Positions 18,360 through 29,401 are shown, counted from the stretch's first letter. The stretch is DNA of 29,526 nucleotides from Verrucomicrobiota bacterium (GCA_045046875.1 JASFYY010000056.1:1-29526); one strand, 5' to 3'. A program made the numbers and translations. Notes: generated from the sequence alone by a model not told the origin.

Positions 18360-21300
18360 ATGCAACGACTCGATGGCATACTAGTGAATTCTAACAAGGA
18401 AGCTTGCCTGGGTTTCACCCGGGCACACAAGCTTCTGCTTGTTTTTACTGCTTTCATCGCCCTTCACCCTATTCTGCCGGGTCTGTCCCAGGATATTCCC
18501 GCGGTTCCCGACTTGCCGCCTTCGGCGGAGAAATATTACCAGATTTTTCAAAACCGACCCACCCCCGGGGTGGTATTCGACCGCCTGATCGATGCTTGTT
18601 TGCAAGAGTGGGAACCCGCCACGCTTGAAAAAAACCTGCAAATCCGCGGCGAGTCACCGCAAGCTTCTATCGAAGATCAATTGCTGTTCGCTCATTATTT
18701 GCTGCGACAAGGCGAGAACCAGCAAGCCCTAAGCGCATTCACTCGCTTGACTCAAAGCCATACCAGATCCGCAGAAGCATGGTTTTGGAAAGCCCGTTCT
18801 GCCGCCAGAGAAAATGACTACCCGCGGGCGCTATCTGCACTCGATCATTTATTAACCACCGCAGATATCGACCTTGATGCAAAACGCCGAACTGATGCCT
18901 TGAAATTAAAAGGGCGCTGGCTCATTCGTTTGGGGAAAACCGAACAAGCGCTGGCCACTTGGCAATCCCTGCTGAAAAATTCCGCGTCTATCGATGTTCA
19001 TGAAGACGTGCTCGAACTCCAGATCCGCGAGGGCCAATTCGAAGGCGCTACAAAAACGGCCACAAACCTCATCGCAAAAACGCAAAACAACCCGCACCGC
19101 CAGGTAGCCAACCGCCTGCGCCTTGCCGATATCAGAGATTTGGCAAATGACCGCTCAGGCTCCCTGCTGGCTCTCGAAGCGGCGCTCAAACAAAGCGGTG
19201 CTGGGACTTGGCTCGAAACAGAAATTCTTGCCAAAACCCAAAGCCTCTTTCGCCGTCACGACGACATCGCACCGTTGAAAGAACAAATCGAAAAGTGGTC
19301 ACTGCTCTTCCCTGAAAAAACATCCCTACTCAGATTGCAGGCAACCCTGCTCGCCGAGCTTGGCAAGAAAAAAGAAGCCAGCGAGGTTTTCCAACAAATT
19401 ATCAAAAAAACTCCTGGAGATCGCATCACACAAGAGCAGTTCATAGGTTTTCTGGACAAGCTGGGAGATAAAAAACGCGCCATCGCTCAGCTCAAACACT
19501 TGATCAGCAGCTACCCCCAAGACGAGGAACTGCATGTGAGCATGGCGGAACTGCTCCATGCCGATGGCGATGCCGCCTCCGCTGCCAAGTCGATCAGACT
19601 ATACCTCAAACTCTCGGCAGCGGGCGAATACGAGTATTTAAGAGCCGCTCAATTGATGGAAAATTTCAATGATCACACAAACGCCCTATCCGTCTACCAA
19701 CAGATGATCAAGCGATTTCCGGACAGCATCGACGGCAAAACAGCCCTTGCCGCCTACCAATACCGCCAAGGACAGATCCCGCAAGCTATGGTTTGGTGGC
19801 AAAGCATCGCCGCAGCGGGTGACGGAGATGATGTGCAACGCATCGCCCGGATCATGAGCAGTCGCAACGAACACGAAGCCGCTTACCAGTTGTTAAAAAG
19901 TCGCGTGGATGATGGCAATCAAACGGATCCTGCTTACCTCGCGCTGCTGTGCTCCAAATCCATCCTACTGCAACACCAGACCGAAACCGTGGATTCAGTC
20001 AGACGTTTGGTTTTATTGGCTCAGGATGCATCCTCACTGGGCAATGCCCTGAAACTCGCAGGCAACATCATCACTGAGGCCAATCAAAGCCCCCGCACGA
20101 TTCAAGAATTGGAAAACAAACAAGCTCAACGATCCATCCAGGAAACCTGCCTGTTAGCGGAGCTACTGGACGGATCGGATCGTTTGCCACAAGCGCAGGA
20201 TGTTTTGTCCAAGGTGGCAAAAAAAGATAAAACCCTAGCGCAGGAACAACTCATCCGTCTGCTCGTCGCTCACAAGCTCTGGAGCAAAGCCGCCACTGCT
20301 GCCGAAGCCGCTCTAAAATTGCCCAAAGGTCGACGCATCGAAAACATTCGGCGTCTGGTTGATTTCAATCAACAAGCCGGGCAATTCGAGCAAGCCGCGA
20401 CCTGGATCGAATCCTGGAAACAACTGGCACCACAAAGCACCCTCCCCTGGCTTCGCCAGGTAGACCTGCTGATGTTACAAGGACAGGAAGAAGCTTCGCT
20501 CGCCCTGTTGGAAAAAACTGCACGGAAATTTTCCGATGATCCACGAATCAGCGATCGTTTGGCCGAAACCTACGTATCTTTTGGCCACGGCTCCAAAGCG
20601 GAAAGAGAATATTTAAAACTCTACGAAAACACCGATTCGGAAGATGGCAAACTGCGCTGGGCCGGCCGACTGGCGAAAGTAGCCATGAGCCTTGGACGAC
20701 TCGACCAAGTCGTCGAGTTATTCGAAAAACGCCGCCGCAGCAACCCCCAGTCAGCAGGTCCGCTGCTCGCGCTGACCGCCGCCTACCGTCAAACCAGCGA
20801 CTATGACAGCGTGCGCCGCTATCTCGCGGAAGCCGTTCGCTTGCGTCCCTCGGACCTCCGCCTGCAACACCAATGGGCCACCGCAGAAAAACGAATCGGC
20901 GACTGGAAAGCTGCCCGTCGGATATTGGAAAAATCCAGCCTCCAGGACCTCAGCAACCGCTCCGCTCAAAAGCTAGCGGCTTTGCTGATCCGCCACGGCG
21001 AAGATGATGCCGGCCTGACCTTGTTGCAAAAAGTGACCCAGGCCAAAGCGAAAAAAACTACAAACCCGGCATCCCAGGCAGCTCTTCCCATAATAGACGA
21101 TCCTGTAAGCATGGAACAAATGGCCGACACCCTGGCGGGTTCCTCCCACTGGCCGCAAATCATTTCATTGAACCAGCCCTTGTTGGAAAACCATCCTGAC
21201 GACTATCGCTTACGCTATCTACAGGCACTTGCGCTGGAAGAAAACGGGCAATACCAGGCTGCCGGAAAACGCTTCCTCGAAGTGATGGCCATCAAAAAAG

Positions 21301-24300
21301 AACTGCCCATCTCCCGCCGCCCGCTCGATCCGATTGAACAAGCCATATACAGCCCGACTGGATCTGTTTTCCCTGGAAAACATTTATTTCTCAAGCCCGG
21401 CATTCCTGTACCTGAAGGTTTCTCCGAGCTCAACTGGCAGCGCCATGCTTACTTTTTTTCCTACTATCACTGGTCCAAAAGACGCCCTCAGCTTTCCACC
21501 CGCATGGGCGGAAATTTAAAACCCGCTTATATCATCAGACTGCCGAATTCCCTGCAAGAAGTTCGGGCGTTCGCGATTTTTCATTTACGCCTGATGGCCT
21601 CTTCCCAGGATCAAAACCAAATCGCTCTTTGGCAACAGCAACTTGAAGCCCTGGATGTGAATTACCCTCATTTGCTCCTAGCCAACCCCATTGTCCCCGC
21701 CCCCTGGCTTTTACCCGCTTCCATTCCTATACTCGAAACGGAAACCGAAGACCCTGGGCTGTTAGCCGAATGGCTGATCCGCCTGGCCTTGTTTGACAAG
21801 CCTCCCAGTGGCGGCATGGCAAGACTGAAGGCGGCCTACCATCTTTTCAAAAAAGATTACCCCGACCTTGCTTTTATCGCCGCGATCACCGCGCTGAGCA
21901 TTGACGATCCTTCTCAAAAGGAAAATGCTGCCCGTTTTTTCAGGGACGGAATCAAGGCCAGTCTGCCGAATCTATCAAGTCCCAGCAGTATGGCATTGAT
22001 AAAACTGACGCCCTTTTTTCAAGCCCTCTCCACCATGAAAGGCCAGCGCTGGTTAGAGGAGAACCCGCAGACCTTTCAACTCATCAGAGAGCAAACGTCC
22101 AAATGGCTGGAAAAAATGCCCGTCGACGATCCACTTCGCCCGCATCTCTTTTCCTTACATGCTCTGAACCTGTGGCGAACCGATGAACCCGCAGCTTTTA
22201 TCGCCCTTCTGGAAAATGAAATCCGCCGTTTCCAAAACGAAGCAAAAAAGGCAAGCCTTCCTGCAAGCTGGACATTCAAACATTCCTACGGGAAAACCGC
22301 AGCCACAGTATCCCGCTTCGAGTTTCCCCCAGCTACATTGCCTGACTTCCCTCTTTCCGTGCTCGCCCTCTTCGATCCCCCAAACAGAACCCGTGTCCAT
22401 CGCTCGGAAACTAATTCCAATCCTACCCTGCACGCCCTCACCTTGGATTCGTTCGCAGACTTAAACCGTGAAGACCGCCAACAACTTGCCACCCTTATTT
22501 CAAACAGACCTCTTCGCATTCTGGCATCACACTGGCTCGAGGTTCCTTCGATCCTCAAAGACGAAATACAATGGATCGCCAACAACCCGCAAACAGCTTC
22601 AAAGGATGAACAACTACTGCTCGCTGGCTATTATTATAAGCAGAAAAAATTCAACCAAACCCACGTCTTGTTTGAAAAAATACGTCCCGAATTACCGCGC
22701 GACTGGCAAGCCCACATCGACGCCGCGACCATCGCCTTGGCCATCGATGACAATCGCCTCACACCTGCCATCACACCGGCAGCGCTACAAGCGGCGAACC
22801 GCTTGAAACAGGGAGGTCTTGTTCCGCATGAAAAAAGTGAACTGTCCGCCGCTTTGTTAGAACTCGGTTTGCCAAACAAGAACCCGCAGATCTCAGCCAC
22901 AAAACGCAAACAAGCCAAGCCCAAAAAAAGCCCCTTTGCCATGGGAACAGGTATTCGCAAGCGCATCGAAGGATTACAACAAGATCAACCTGACAAAGCC
23001 GTGCAACTTGCCCTGTTGCGATTGCACCGCTACACCCAAGGTTACTATCGGCAAGAATTCGGTCTCGGTGCCCATGCATCAACCGCAAAATCCTTCGCCT
23101 CCATGCTGGGCGAAATCGGACTCACCGCTGATGTGCTCAATGCAGCAAAACCCAAGGCCAAGGCTAATGCCGGCGACTGGGCCAGATTCGCCGCCGCCGC
23201 CTATTTCCTCGATGACCGCCCTGCACACATCTCAGCCCTGCAGAAAGCGATTCAACTCTCGCCAAACACGAATCAGGCTACGATCATGCGAGCCCATCTG
23301 GTCTGGATCACTGCTAAAAATAATCCATCAGTGGCAAAAAAAATACTCGAACAATCTCCGCAAAACCCCATCGCCTTTTCCGGAATCCTACTTAACCGTT
23401 GGGGTAATTCGTGGCAGAACAAACCTTCTACCTGGCTGCCGCTCTGGAAAGTTTTCACTGAAGTGGCCACCACACGCAGCGATTTTTCTGGAGAAAATGC
23501 CGAAGACTTCAATCATTGGAAAACAGCTCTGGAACACCTTGGAGCTTCATTGCTCGCCCGCGAATCCCTCGCTGGTGACAAGGCCGATCCCAAAAAAATA
23601 CTGGAGCAACGTCGCCGGCTGTTCACCAATCTTTGCCAAGCGATGCTGAACGAACCCTCACTGGCAAAACTGGGTTTTGCCAATCTCGCCCGTTTGGAAA
23701 AACGCGATCACCTTGCTGGACATGGAGCAGAGTTTGCTTTGGTGGATCTAGCCAAAAAAACACTCGTCACGCAGAACCACGATCAAAACATCGTCTTGCG
23801 AGTTTGGCCATCTTACCCTTCCTTATATTCCCTCCCCCTTCGCTCCCCCGGACAGTATTTAGTAGAAGCCGCTTTTGCCCACAATGACCGTGATCTGATC
23901 AATACCCTTTTATCAGGCAATTTACATTCTGACAAAACCTCTCAATCAAATCTCCTTTACCTCAAAAGCTACTCCGATTTATTTTTCTGTAAATCCGCTG
24001 ACTTTAACGGGAAAGTAAAAAAACTCCAGCATTCGCGAGCCCTGCCCAAAGGATACGACCGTTCGGCCTACGAACTTGATATTCTAACAGCCTGGCGTGC
24101 ACGAAAGGATTTCACCGATATCCAACAGACGATATTTCCGAAGCTAACGCTCAACATAAATCAACTTCCTGCTTGGTATCTCTACCAGGACATAGAAAAA
24201 ACCAAAAGCTATCTCGAAGGGTTGGCTGAAAAAGGTGAGTTTGAAACTTTGAGATCGTTTATCGATGACATGCTGGAAAAAAACATCGGGAACACCGAAG

Positions 24301-27300
24301 AACAAGTCAAAATCATCAAGCAGCAACTCTCCAACAAACAAGGATTTGCCTCCCATCTAAACACTCTCCCATTTTATGAAACCTTGGAATTTTTGAGCGT
24401 TCTCGACCAGTTTGCTGAAAGACCATTGCTCACACCAGAAATCATAAAACTCAATCAACGCCTCGACTCCTTCTATCTCACAACCTCAGCCTCTAAACTC
24501 TTCAAACAACTGGAATCTGACGATGCCATCCGTAACGCCACCGTCATCACCACCTTGTTAGAGAACCCCTATTTCATGAGCCAGGTTTCTGAATTTGACC
24601 CACTCCCCCTGACCTACCGAAAAACCAAAGCAACCCTGTTTGACAAAATCGCCACTTACCTGACTCTCTGCAACGCACAGAAACGAGAGGATGTTGTGGG
24701 CTACCTCGAAAAGCGTAAGCCCTCCACGTTTGGCGCCGACCTGATGCTCGCCCTGGTCGAGGACACAGATTCCGAACAAAAAGTAGCCGCGCTGATGGCC
24801 AGACATGCTGCAGAAATTCGCTCCATGTCCCGGAAAAAACAACTCGCTCTAGGTATGGTTTTTGAAAATCTGGCGCTCGGGTTTGACGAAAAAAAAGGCA
24901 GCGTGGTAGGCTGGAAGCTGATCGATGAACTGCGCAGCCCATTGGCCTCCCCCCAGCTGCCCGATTTGATCACTCGAATCAACTCGGCCAACACATTTTC
25001 CGAACTCAAGCTATCTGGAATCGAACTCAGCCAACAACTAGTGCCTGCACTGCAAACAACGATCACGGTCAATCCTGAACTAGCTGCCAGCACCCTGGCC
25101 AAAATTTGGAAACTAGTGGATGAAGCCCAAAAAAACGGTGACAGCAATGTCACCTATGCCAGCGCATCGGAATTCATCCGCAGCTTTTGGCGCAACGTCA
25201 TTCGTTTGCGAGACCCCAGCCTGAATCTCTTTCCATTTCTACTCGATGTCAGTCAGCATCCAGACTTGGGGAAACACATTCTCATCAGCCGCTATGACCT
25301 CCGCAATGCCGGAGAACAATTTGAACGAATCATGGAGAAAAAAGGCACTGATAAAATAAAGGCTTTTGAAAAGACCTTCAACGAACTCGGAAAAATCTGC
25401 GCAGACCGCCCGGTAGAACTGACCTCCACTATGATGTTCAATTTTTACCATGCGCTGAAAGGACACTACACCTCCGTCATCAGGTTTCTCGACCAGGAAC
25501 GGTCCTCCGGCAGCTACCCAGAATTAGCCGAAGCGATCCTAATGGGAATGGAACAACACCACTCCACCCATAACTGGACGGGCAACAAAAAAGGCGATGA
25601 CCGTCAACTCACCGAGGTCAAACGCTGGCATCTGACACGACTGCGTGACAAATCCCTGCCACTGCGCTGGCGAGTCCTGCTAGCTACAGATGGACTCTAC
25701 CACGAACATGAGATGATGATCGCCCCCGAAGCTGCTCACGCCGCCGCCGAAGTTCTGGTCTCTTGTTTTGAAAATGATTTGAATCTCGGCAACGACGAAT
25801 TCAAGCACATCTGCCTCGCATTCGCCCGCGCCCAGAAACAGGAAAACTGGCAAGCTCTCGCTGAAGCTATTATCAAAAAATGGAATCTAGTAACCACTTC
25901 TCGTAACCCCCGGGCCAACATGCGCTCGCAAGGCAACTTGTTTTTAAGCCCTGATACAAGCACCCTGCTCGCTATGTTGGAATTGACCTTGCGCACAGGA
26001 AACCCCGCGGATACGGATCGTCTGCTGCTCAAGCACTCAAAAATTCTGCAAAGCGAACCCAGCGCCATCTTCTCTCTCGCTCGCAACGGACGCCCTCAGC
26101 TAGCCGCTTCGTTCCTCAAACTCCACTGGCGTAAATTAAACTCCAAGCATCTTTATACCTGGCATGACGGCCACCCACTAACGGATGAAACCCGTGCAGC
26201 GTTAGCCGCTGGAGCTGGTTCACCACAAATGGCTTTACTGGCAGAGGTTCTGATCGCGGCTGCTCCTGATAACCAAAAAGCCTCGCATGAGAACAACAAA
26301 GGCTCCACGCTCGCGCTGGAACCGCTGGAGCAGGATCGAGAGCAACGCTTGACCGCTCTGGCGAGACGCTTCAAAAAGACTCCTTTCAATTCCAAAGAAG
26401 CTCGCTACTTGACTTTGGAATGGCTGACGGGCAATTCCATCTCCGCCGCCGCCTTGTTAGAACCTGACATCGCTGAACTTGCCAAAAAAACCATCGACCC
26501 TGCTGTCCTTTTAAAATCAGGAAGCTCCGCCCGGCGAAAAATGTGGTTGGCTTACGGCCACATCGCCGGATCAACCTCAAAAGGAGATCTCGCTCCCTTT
26601 GGTTACTATCTTGGCAAGATCAATCACAGCGAAAAAAAGGGCAATACCCGCTGGTGGCTGCATTGGGAGACTTTTCAGGCTTTTCAAAAAAGTCTTCCCA
26701 AATCCTGGCCCGATCATCCTGAAAAGGTTGGCAAACAGATGATTCCCATTTTACAAGATTACCTCGAATCAGACGATCTGTTCAATCGCTGGGACAACAG
26801 CCTTTCGGTTGGCCTGCTGCTTACCTGCCATGCCTGGATGGACAACATGGAGAGCTTTGATCAGTGGTGGCAAAACCTGCCCGCTTCAAAAGAGAAAATA
26901 CTGCTCGATGATTGCCGTGACATTCGGAAATTCGGCCTGGCTCTCAAATTCCTACTCGATTATGAAAACAACAAAAACACCCCGATTGACAAACGCATCG
27001 CCGTTATCGAAACCGTGATGGCTTCATCCCAGTTCAAACACGCCTACCAAAACTCTCCCAATTGGTTCCGTTACATTTCCTCGAATGGCATCCTCACACC
27101 GGAGCAACTCATCGAATATGGCAAACCATGGATGAAATCCTACCCCCGCAAAGGTAGAGCCGTCGCCGAATATGCCATCATCCTGACCCAACTCGATCGA
27201 CTCGACGAAGGCCTGGCCTTGATCGATCATGAAATGAAGAAAAATGCCCAACACCCACCTGAAAAACCCACCGTGTGGCGGGCACATCTGGTTCTAGGCA

Positions 27301-27452
27301 AAGCTGAAGCTTTGCTCGAAGCAAAAGAATATGCCAGGGCTCTGGCTGTCTTGAAAAGTTTCCCGACAAAAGTATCCGCAAATCTGGCCGATCAACAATG
27401 GCAGTTGGAAAAACAAATCACGAAAGAGGCAAAATCTAAAACCTCACAATAA
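18360..27452 (+). CDS. Giant (3,030 aa) exported tetratricopeptide-repeat / alpha-solenoid protein (start may be GTG 18384)
   Basis: Uninterrupted 9.1 kb ORF. Hydrophobic leader KLLLVFTAFIALHPILPGLS. TPR-like units over the first ~1000 aa (AEAWFWKARSAARENDYPRAL, LKGRWLIRLGKTEQALATWQ, RYLQALALEENGQYQAA). Confidence 0.92.
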   Translation: MQRLDGILVNSNKEACLGFTRAHKLLLVFTAFIALHPILPGLSQDIPAVPDLPPSAEKYYQIFQNRPTPGVVFDRLIDACLQEWEPATLEKNLQIRGESPQASIEDQLLFAHYLLRQGENQQALSAFTRLTQSHTRSAEAWFWKARSAARENDYPRALSALDHLLTTADIDLDAKRRTDALKLKGRWLIRLGKTEQALATWQSLLKNSASIDVHEDVLELQIREGQFEGATKTATNLIAKTQNNPHRQVANRLRLADIRDLANDRSGSLLALEAALKQSGAGTWLETEILAKTQSLFRRHDDIAPLKEQIEKWSLLFPEKTSLLRLQATLLAELGKKKEASEVFQQIIKKTPGDRITQEQFIGFLDKLGDKKRAIAQLKHLISSYPQDEELHVSMAELLHADGDAASAAKSIRLYLKLSAAGEYEYLRAAQLMENFNDHTNALSVYQQMIKRFPDSIDGKTALAAYQYRQGQIPQAMVWWQSIAAAGDGDDVQRIARIMSSRNEHEAAYQLLKSRVDDGNQTDPAYLALLCSKSILLQHQTETVDSVRRLVLLAQDASSLGNALKLAGNIITEANQSPRTIQELENKQAQRSIQETCLLAELLDGSDRLPQAQDVLSKVAKKDKTLAQEQLIRLLVAHKLWSKAATAAEAALKLPKGRRIENIRRLVDFNQQAGQFEQAATWIESWKQLAPQSTLPWLRQVDLLMLQGQEEASLALLEKTARKFSDDPRISDRLAETYVSFGHGSKAEREYLKLYENTDSEDGKLRWAGRLAKVAMSLGRLDQVVELFEKRRRSNPQSAGPLLALTAAYRQTSDYDSVRRYLAEAVRLRPSDLRLQHQWATAEKRIGDWKAARRILEKSSLQDLSNRSAQKLAALLIRHGEDDAGLTLLQKVTQAKAKKTTNPASQAALPIIDDPVSMEQMADTLAGSSHWPQIISLNQPLLENHPDDYRLRYLQALALEENGQYQAAGKRFLEVMAIKKELPISRRPLDPIEQAIYSPTGSVFPGKHLFLKPGIPVPEGFSELNWQRHAYFFSYYHWSKRRPQLSTRMGGNLKPAYIIRLPNSLQEVRAFAIFHLRLMASSQDQNQIALWQQQLEALDVNYPHLLLANPIVPAPWLLPASIPILETETEDPGLLAEWLIRLALFDKPPSGGMARLKAAYHLFKKDYPDLAFIAAITALSIDDPSQKENAARFFRDGIKASLPNLSSPSSMALIKLTPFFQALSTMKGQRWLEENPQTFQLIREQTSKWLEKMPVDDPLRPHLFSLHALNLWRTDEPAAFIALLENEIRRFQNEAKKASLPASWTFKHSYGKTAATVSRFEFPPATLPDFPLSVLALFDPPNRTRVHRSETNSNPTLHALTLDSFADLNREDRQQLATLISNRPLRILASHWLEVPSILKDEIQWIANNPQTASKDEQLLLAGYYYKQKKFNQTHVLFEKIRPELPRDWQAHIDAATIALAIDDNRLTPAITPAALQAANRLKQGGLVPHEKSELSAALLELGLPNKNPQISATKRKQAKPKKSPFAMGTGIRKRIEGLQQDQPDKAVQLALLRLHRYTQGYYRQEFGLGAHASTAKSFASMLGEIGLTADVLNAAKPKAKANAGDWARFAAAAYFLDDRPAHISALQKAIQLSPNTNQATIMRAHLVWITAKNNPSVAKKILEQSPQNPIAFSGILLNRWGNSWQNKPSTWLPLWKVFTEVATTRSDFSGENAEDFNHWKTALEHLGASLLARESLAGDKADPKKILEQRRRLFTNLCQAMLNEPSLAKLGFANLARLEKRDHLAGHGAEFALVDLAKKTLVTQNHDQNIVLRVWPSYPSLYSLPLRSPGQYLVEAAFAHNDRDLINTLLSGNLHSDKTSQSNLLYLKSYSDLFFCKSADFNGKVKKLQHSRALPKGYDRSAYELDILTAWRARKDFTDIQQTIFPKLTLNINQLPAWYLYQDIEKTKSYLEGLAEKGEFETLRSFIDDMLEKNIGNTEEQVKIIKQQLSNKQGFASHLNTLPFYETLEFLSVLDQFAERPLLTPEIIKLNQRLDSFYLTTSASKLFKQLESDDAIRNATVITTLLENPYFMSQVSEFDPLPLTYRKTKATLFDKIATYLTLCNAQKREDVVGYLEKRKPSTFGADLMLALVEDTDSEQKVAALMARHAAEIRSMSRKKQLALGMVFENLALGFDEKKGSVVGWKLIDELRSPLASPQLPDLITRINSANTFSELKLSGIELSQQLVPALQTTITVNPELAASTLAKIWKLVDEAQKNGDSNVTYASASEFIRSFWRNVIRLRDPSLNLFPFLLDVSQHPDLGKHILISRYDLRNAGEQFERIMEKKGTDKIKAFEKTFNELGKICADRPVELTSTMMFNFYHALKGHYTSVIRFLDQERSSGSYPELAEAILMGMEQHHSTHNWTGNKKGDDRQLTEVKRWHLTRLRDKSLPLRWRVLLATDGLYHEHEMMIAPEAAHAAAEVLVSCFENDLNLGNDEFKHICLAFARAQKQENWQALAEAIIKKWNLVTTSRNPRANMRSQGNLFLSPDTSTLLAMLELTLRTGNPADTDRLLLKHSKILQSEPSAIFSLARNGRPQLAASFLKLHWRKLNSKHLYTWHDGHPLTDETRAALAAGAGSPQMALLAEVLIAAAPDNQKASHENNKGSTLALEPLEQDREQRLTALARRFKKTPFNSKEARYLTLEWLTGNSISAAALLEPDIAELAKKTIDPAVLLKSGSSARRKMWLAYGHIAGSTSKGDLAPFGYYLGKINHSEKKGNTRWWLHWETFQAFQKSLPKSWPDHPEKVGKQMIPILQDYLESDDLFNRWDNSLSVGLLLTCHAWMDNMESFDQWWQNLPASKEKILLDDCRDIRKFGLALKFLLDYENNKNTPIDKRIAVIETVMASSQFKHAYQNSPNWFRYISSNGILTPEQLIEYGKPWMKSYPRKGRAVAEYAIILTQLDRLDEGLALIDHEMKKNAQHPPEKPTVWRAHLVLGKAEALLEAKEYARALAVLKSFPTKVSANLADQQWQLEKQITKEAKSKTSQ

Positions 27453-27518
27453 TCCCTCTTTCACAACAAAGAAGATTGACTAAAACTTGTTATCTGATGA
27501 AATACCCACTCTAACAAC

Positions 27519-28511
27519 ATGGAAAAATCGAATACCAAAGACAAAAAGAAGCAAATCGATACCTTTTGCGAAACCTTTGCCTGCATCCGTGATGAAATTT
27601 CAAAATTCATCGTTGGTCAGGATGAAATCATCGACGATGTGCTCATCGCCATCATCTGCGGAGGCCACGTTTTGCTCGAGGGCGTTCCCGGCCTGGGCAA
27701 GACCGCTCTGGTCACCACTATCGCCCAAACCCTGCACCTCAACTTTCGCCGCGTGCAGTTCACTCCTGACCTGCTGCCCGCCGACATATCCGGCACCCAG
27801 ATCATGGTCGAACGCGAAGGGAAAAAAGTCTTCGAATTCCAACAGGGACCTATTTTTACCAACATCCTGCTGGCGGATGAAATCAACCGTGCCACGCCCA
27901 AAACCCAATCAGCCATGCTGGAGACCATGCAGGAAAAATCGGTCACCGTTGCCGGAAAGACCTACCCGCTGGACTCACCGTTTTTTGTTCTCGCCACCCA
28001 GAACCCCATCGAACAAGACGGCACTTACCCCTTACCGGAAGCCCAGTTGGATCGGTTTTTCTTCAAGCTCTATGTCGAAGTTCCCAGCCACGATGAGTTC
28101 TCGGAAATCCTCAACCGCACCGGTGGGCTCAAAGCACCAGAGATCAACGCCGTTGCCAGTGCCGACGATTTGAAAAACATGTCGGATCTTTATAAAGAAG
28201 TGCCTATCGATGATGATGTGCAAAACCACCTGGTCAAAGTAGTGCTCGCCACACATCCGGAAGACCAACACTCTCCAGAAGTCGTGAAAAAATACGTGCG
28301 TCACGGCAGCTCACCGCGCGGAGCACAATCCATCCTCGCCGCATCTCGGGTAAGAGCATTACTGCAGGGGCGTTACCACGTTGCCAAGGACGATGTCGAT
28401 CGCATGGTCGTGCCCGCCCTGCGTCACCGGATTATTTTATCCTTCGAAGGGGAAGCCGAAGGCATGAAACCGGATGCCGTGCTGCAAGAAGTGATCAACG
28501 AGGTAAAATAA
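27519..28511 (+). CDS. moxR: MoxR family AAA+ ATPase
   Basis: HVLLEGVPGLGKT (Walker A), RVQFTPDLLPADISG, ILLADEINRATPKTQSAMLETMQE (Walker B), FFVLATQNPIEQDGTYPLPEAQLDRF, GSSPRG, ALRHRI. Confidence 0.97.
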   Translation: MEKSNTKDKKKQIDTFCETFACIRDEISKFIVGQDEIIDDVLIAIICGGHVLLEGVPGLGKTALVTTIAQTLHLNFRRVQFTPDLLPADISGTQIMVEREGKKVFEFQQGPIFTNILLADEINRATPKTQSAMLETMQEKSVTVAGKTYPLDSPFFVLATQNPIEQDGTYPLPEAQLDRFFFKLYVEVPSHDEFSEILNRTGGLKAPEINAVASADDLKNMSDLYKEVPIDDDVQNHLVKVVLATHPEDQHSPEVVKKYVRHGSSPRGAQSILAASRVRALLQGRYHVAKDDVDRMVVPALRHRIILSFEGEAEGMKPDAVLQEVINEVK

Positions 28512-28525
28512 CACTCTCCGGAGGC

Positions 28526-29392
28526 ATGCTGCTCACCGACTCTTCATTCATCAACCGGCTAGAGTCACTGTATCTTCTAGCGCGCAAGGTGCTGGGCGGA
28601 TCCCTGAAGGCGGATCGCAAGACCACCAAAAAAGGTGCCGGCATCACCTTTGCTGATTATGCGGAGTATCAGTTGGGAGACGATTACCGCTCCATTGATT
28701 GGCGCATCTACGCCAAATTCGAAACCCTCATCATCAAGCTTTTTGAACTCGAAGAAGACGCGACCATTTACATCCTGCTCGATGGCAGTCACTCGATGGA
28801 GAGCAAATTTTTACACGCCCGAAAACTGGCCGCTGCGCTCGGTTACATAGCCCTGAATTCCCTCGACCGGCTCTGCGTGCTCGAAATGGCCGAAACCCTC
28901 AAACCCACCCTGGACACCTGTCGTGGTCGCGGCAACGTGCTGCGTTTTCTGCGCGCACTGGAGAGCGCTGACACCTTTGGCAACAACACCGACTTCACTG
29001 CCTGCGCCCGCGAGTTCCAGGCGCGACGCAAACAAAAGGGCCTCGTCATTGTGGTATCGGACTTCCTTTTCCCCGGCGGATTTGAAGAAGGGCTCAACAG
29101 CCTGCAATGGCACCGCCATGAAGTGTTCTGCCTTCAGGTTCAGGATGACAATGATCAAAAATGTGACTGGAAAGGAGACGTCAACCTCAACTGCATCGAA
29201 ACCGGGCAAAGCCAGAAAGTCACCATCTCCCCCACCGAAGCCAAAGCCTACGAAGCCGCCGTCACCGAGTGGAATCAAGGACTGAAAAAATTCTGCGCCC
29301 GCCAGGGCATCGGCCTCGCCACCACCACCCCGGACATCCCCTTCGACGTCATGATCCAGGAAATCCTGCGAAGAGGAGGTCTGGTCGCTTAA
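28526..29392 (+). CDS. DUF58 domain protein with VWA/MIDAS motif
   Basis: GAGITFADYAEYQLGDDYRSIDWRIYAK...IKLFE; ILLDGSHSM (DxSxS); VIVVSDFL. SD GGAGG just upstream; directly follows moxR. Confidence 0.95.
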   Translation: MLLTDSSFINRLESLYLLARKVLGGSLKADRKTTKKGAGITFADYAEYQLGDDYRSIDWRIYAKFETLIIKLFELEEDATIYILLDGSHSMESKFLHARKLAAALGYIALNSLDRLCVLEMAETLKPTLDTCRGRGNVLRFLRALESADTFGNNTDFTACAREFQARRKQKGLVIVVSDFLFPGGFEEGLNSLQWHRHEVFCLQVQDDNDQKCDWKGDVNLNCIETGQSQKVTISPTEAKAYEAAVTEWNQGLKKFCARQGIGLATTTPDIPFDVMIQEILRRGGLVA

Positions 29393-29401
29393 GCCGCAGT
29401 C

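Noticed and set aside
22936..23649. 237-aa alternate-frame ORF inside the giant TPR gene
   Set aside because: Pro/Ser/Arg/Cys-rich off-frame composition; the main frame is uninterrupted.
27487..28173. 228-aa ORF overlapping moxR (possible frameshift product)
   Set aside because: moxR is complete in its own frame; this is an off-frame shadow.
18360..28511. Anti-phage defence system (TPR + ATPase, Avs-like)
   Set aside because: The ATPase is a standard MoxR, not a STAND NTPase; the TPR protein has an export-like leader and no recognisable nuclease or other effector motif.
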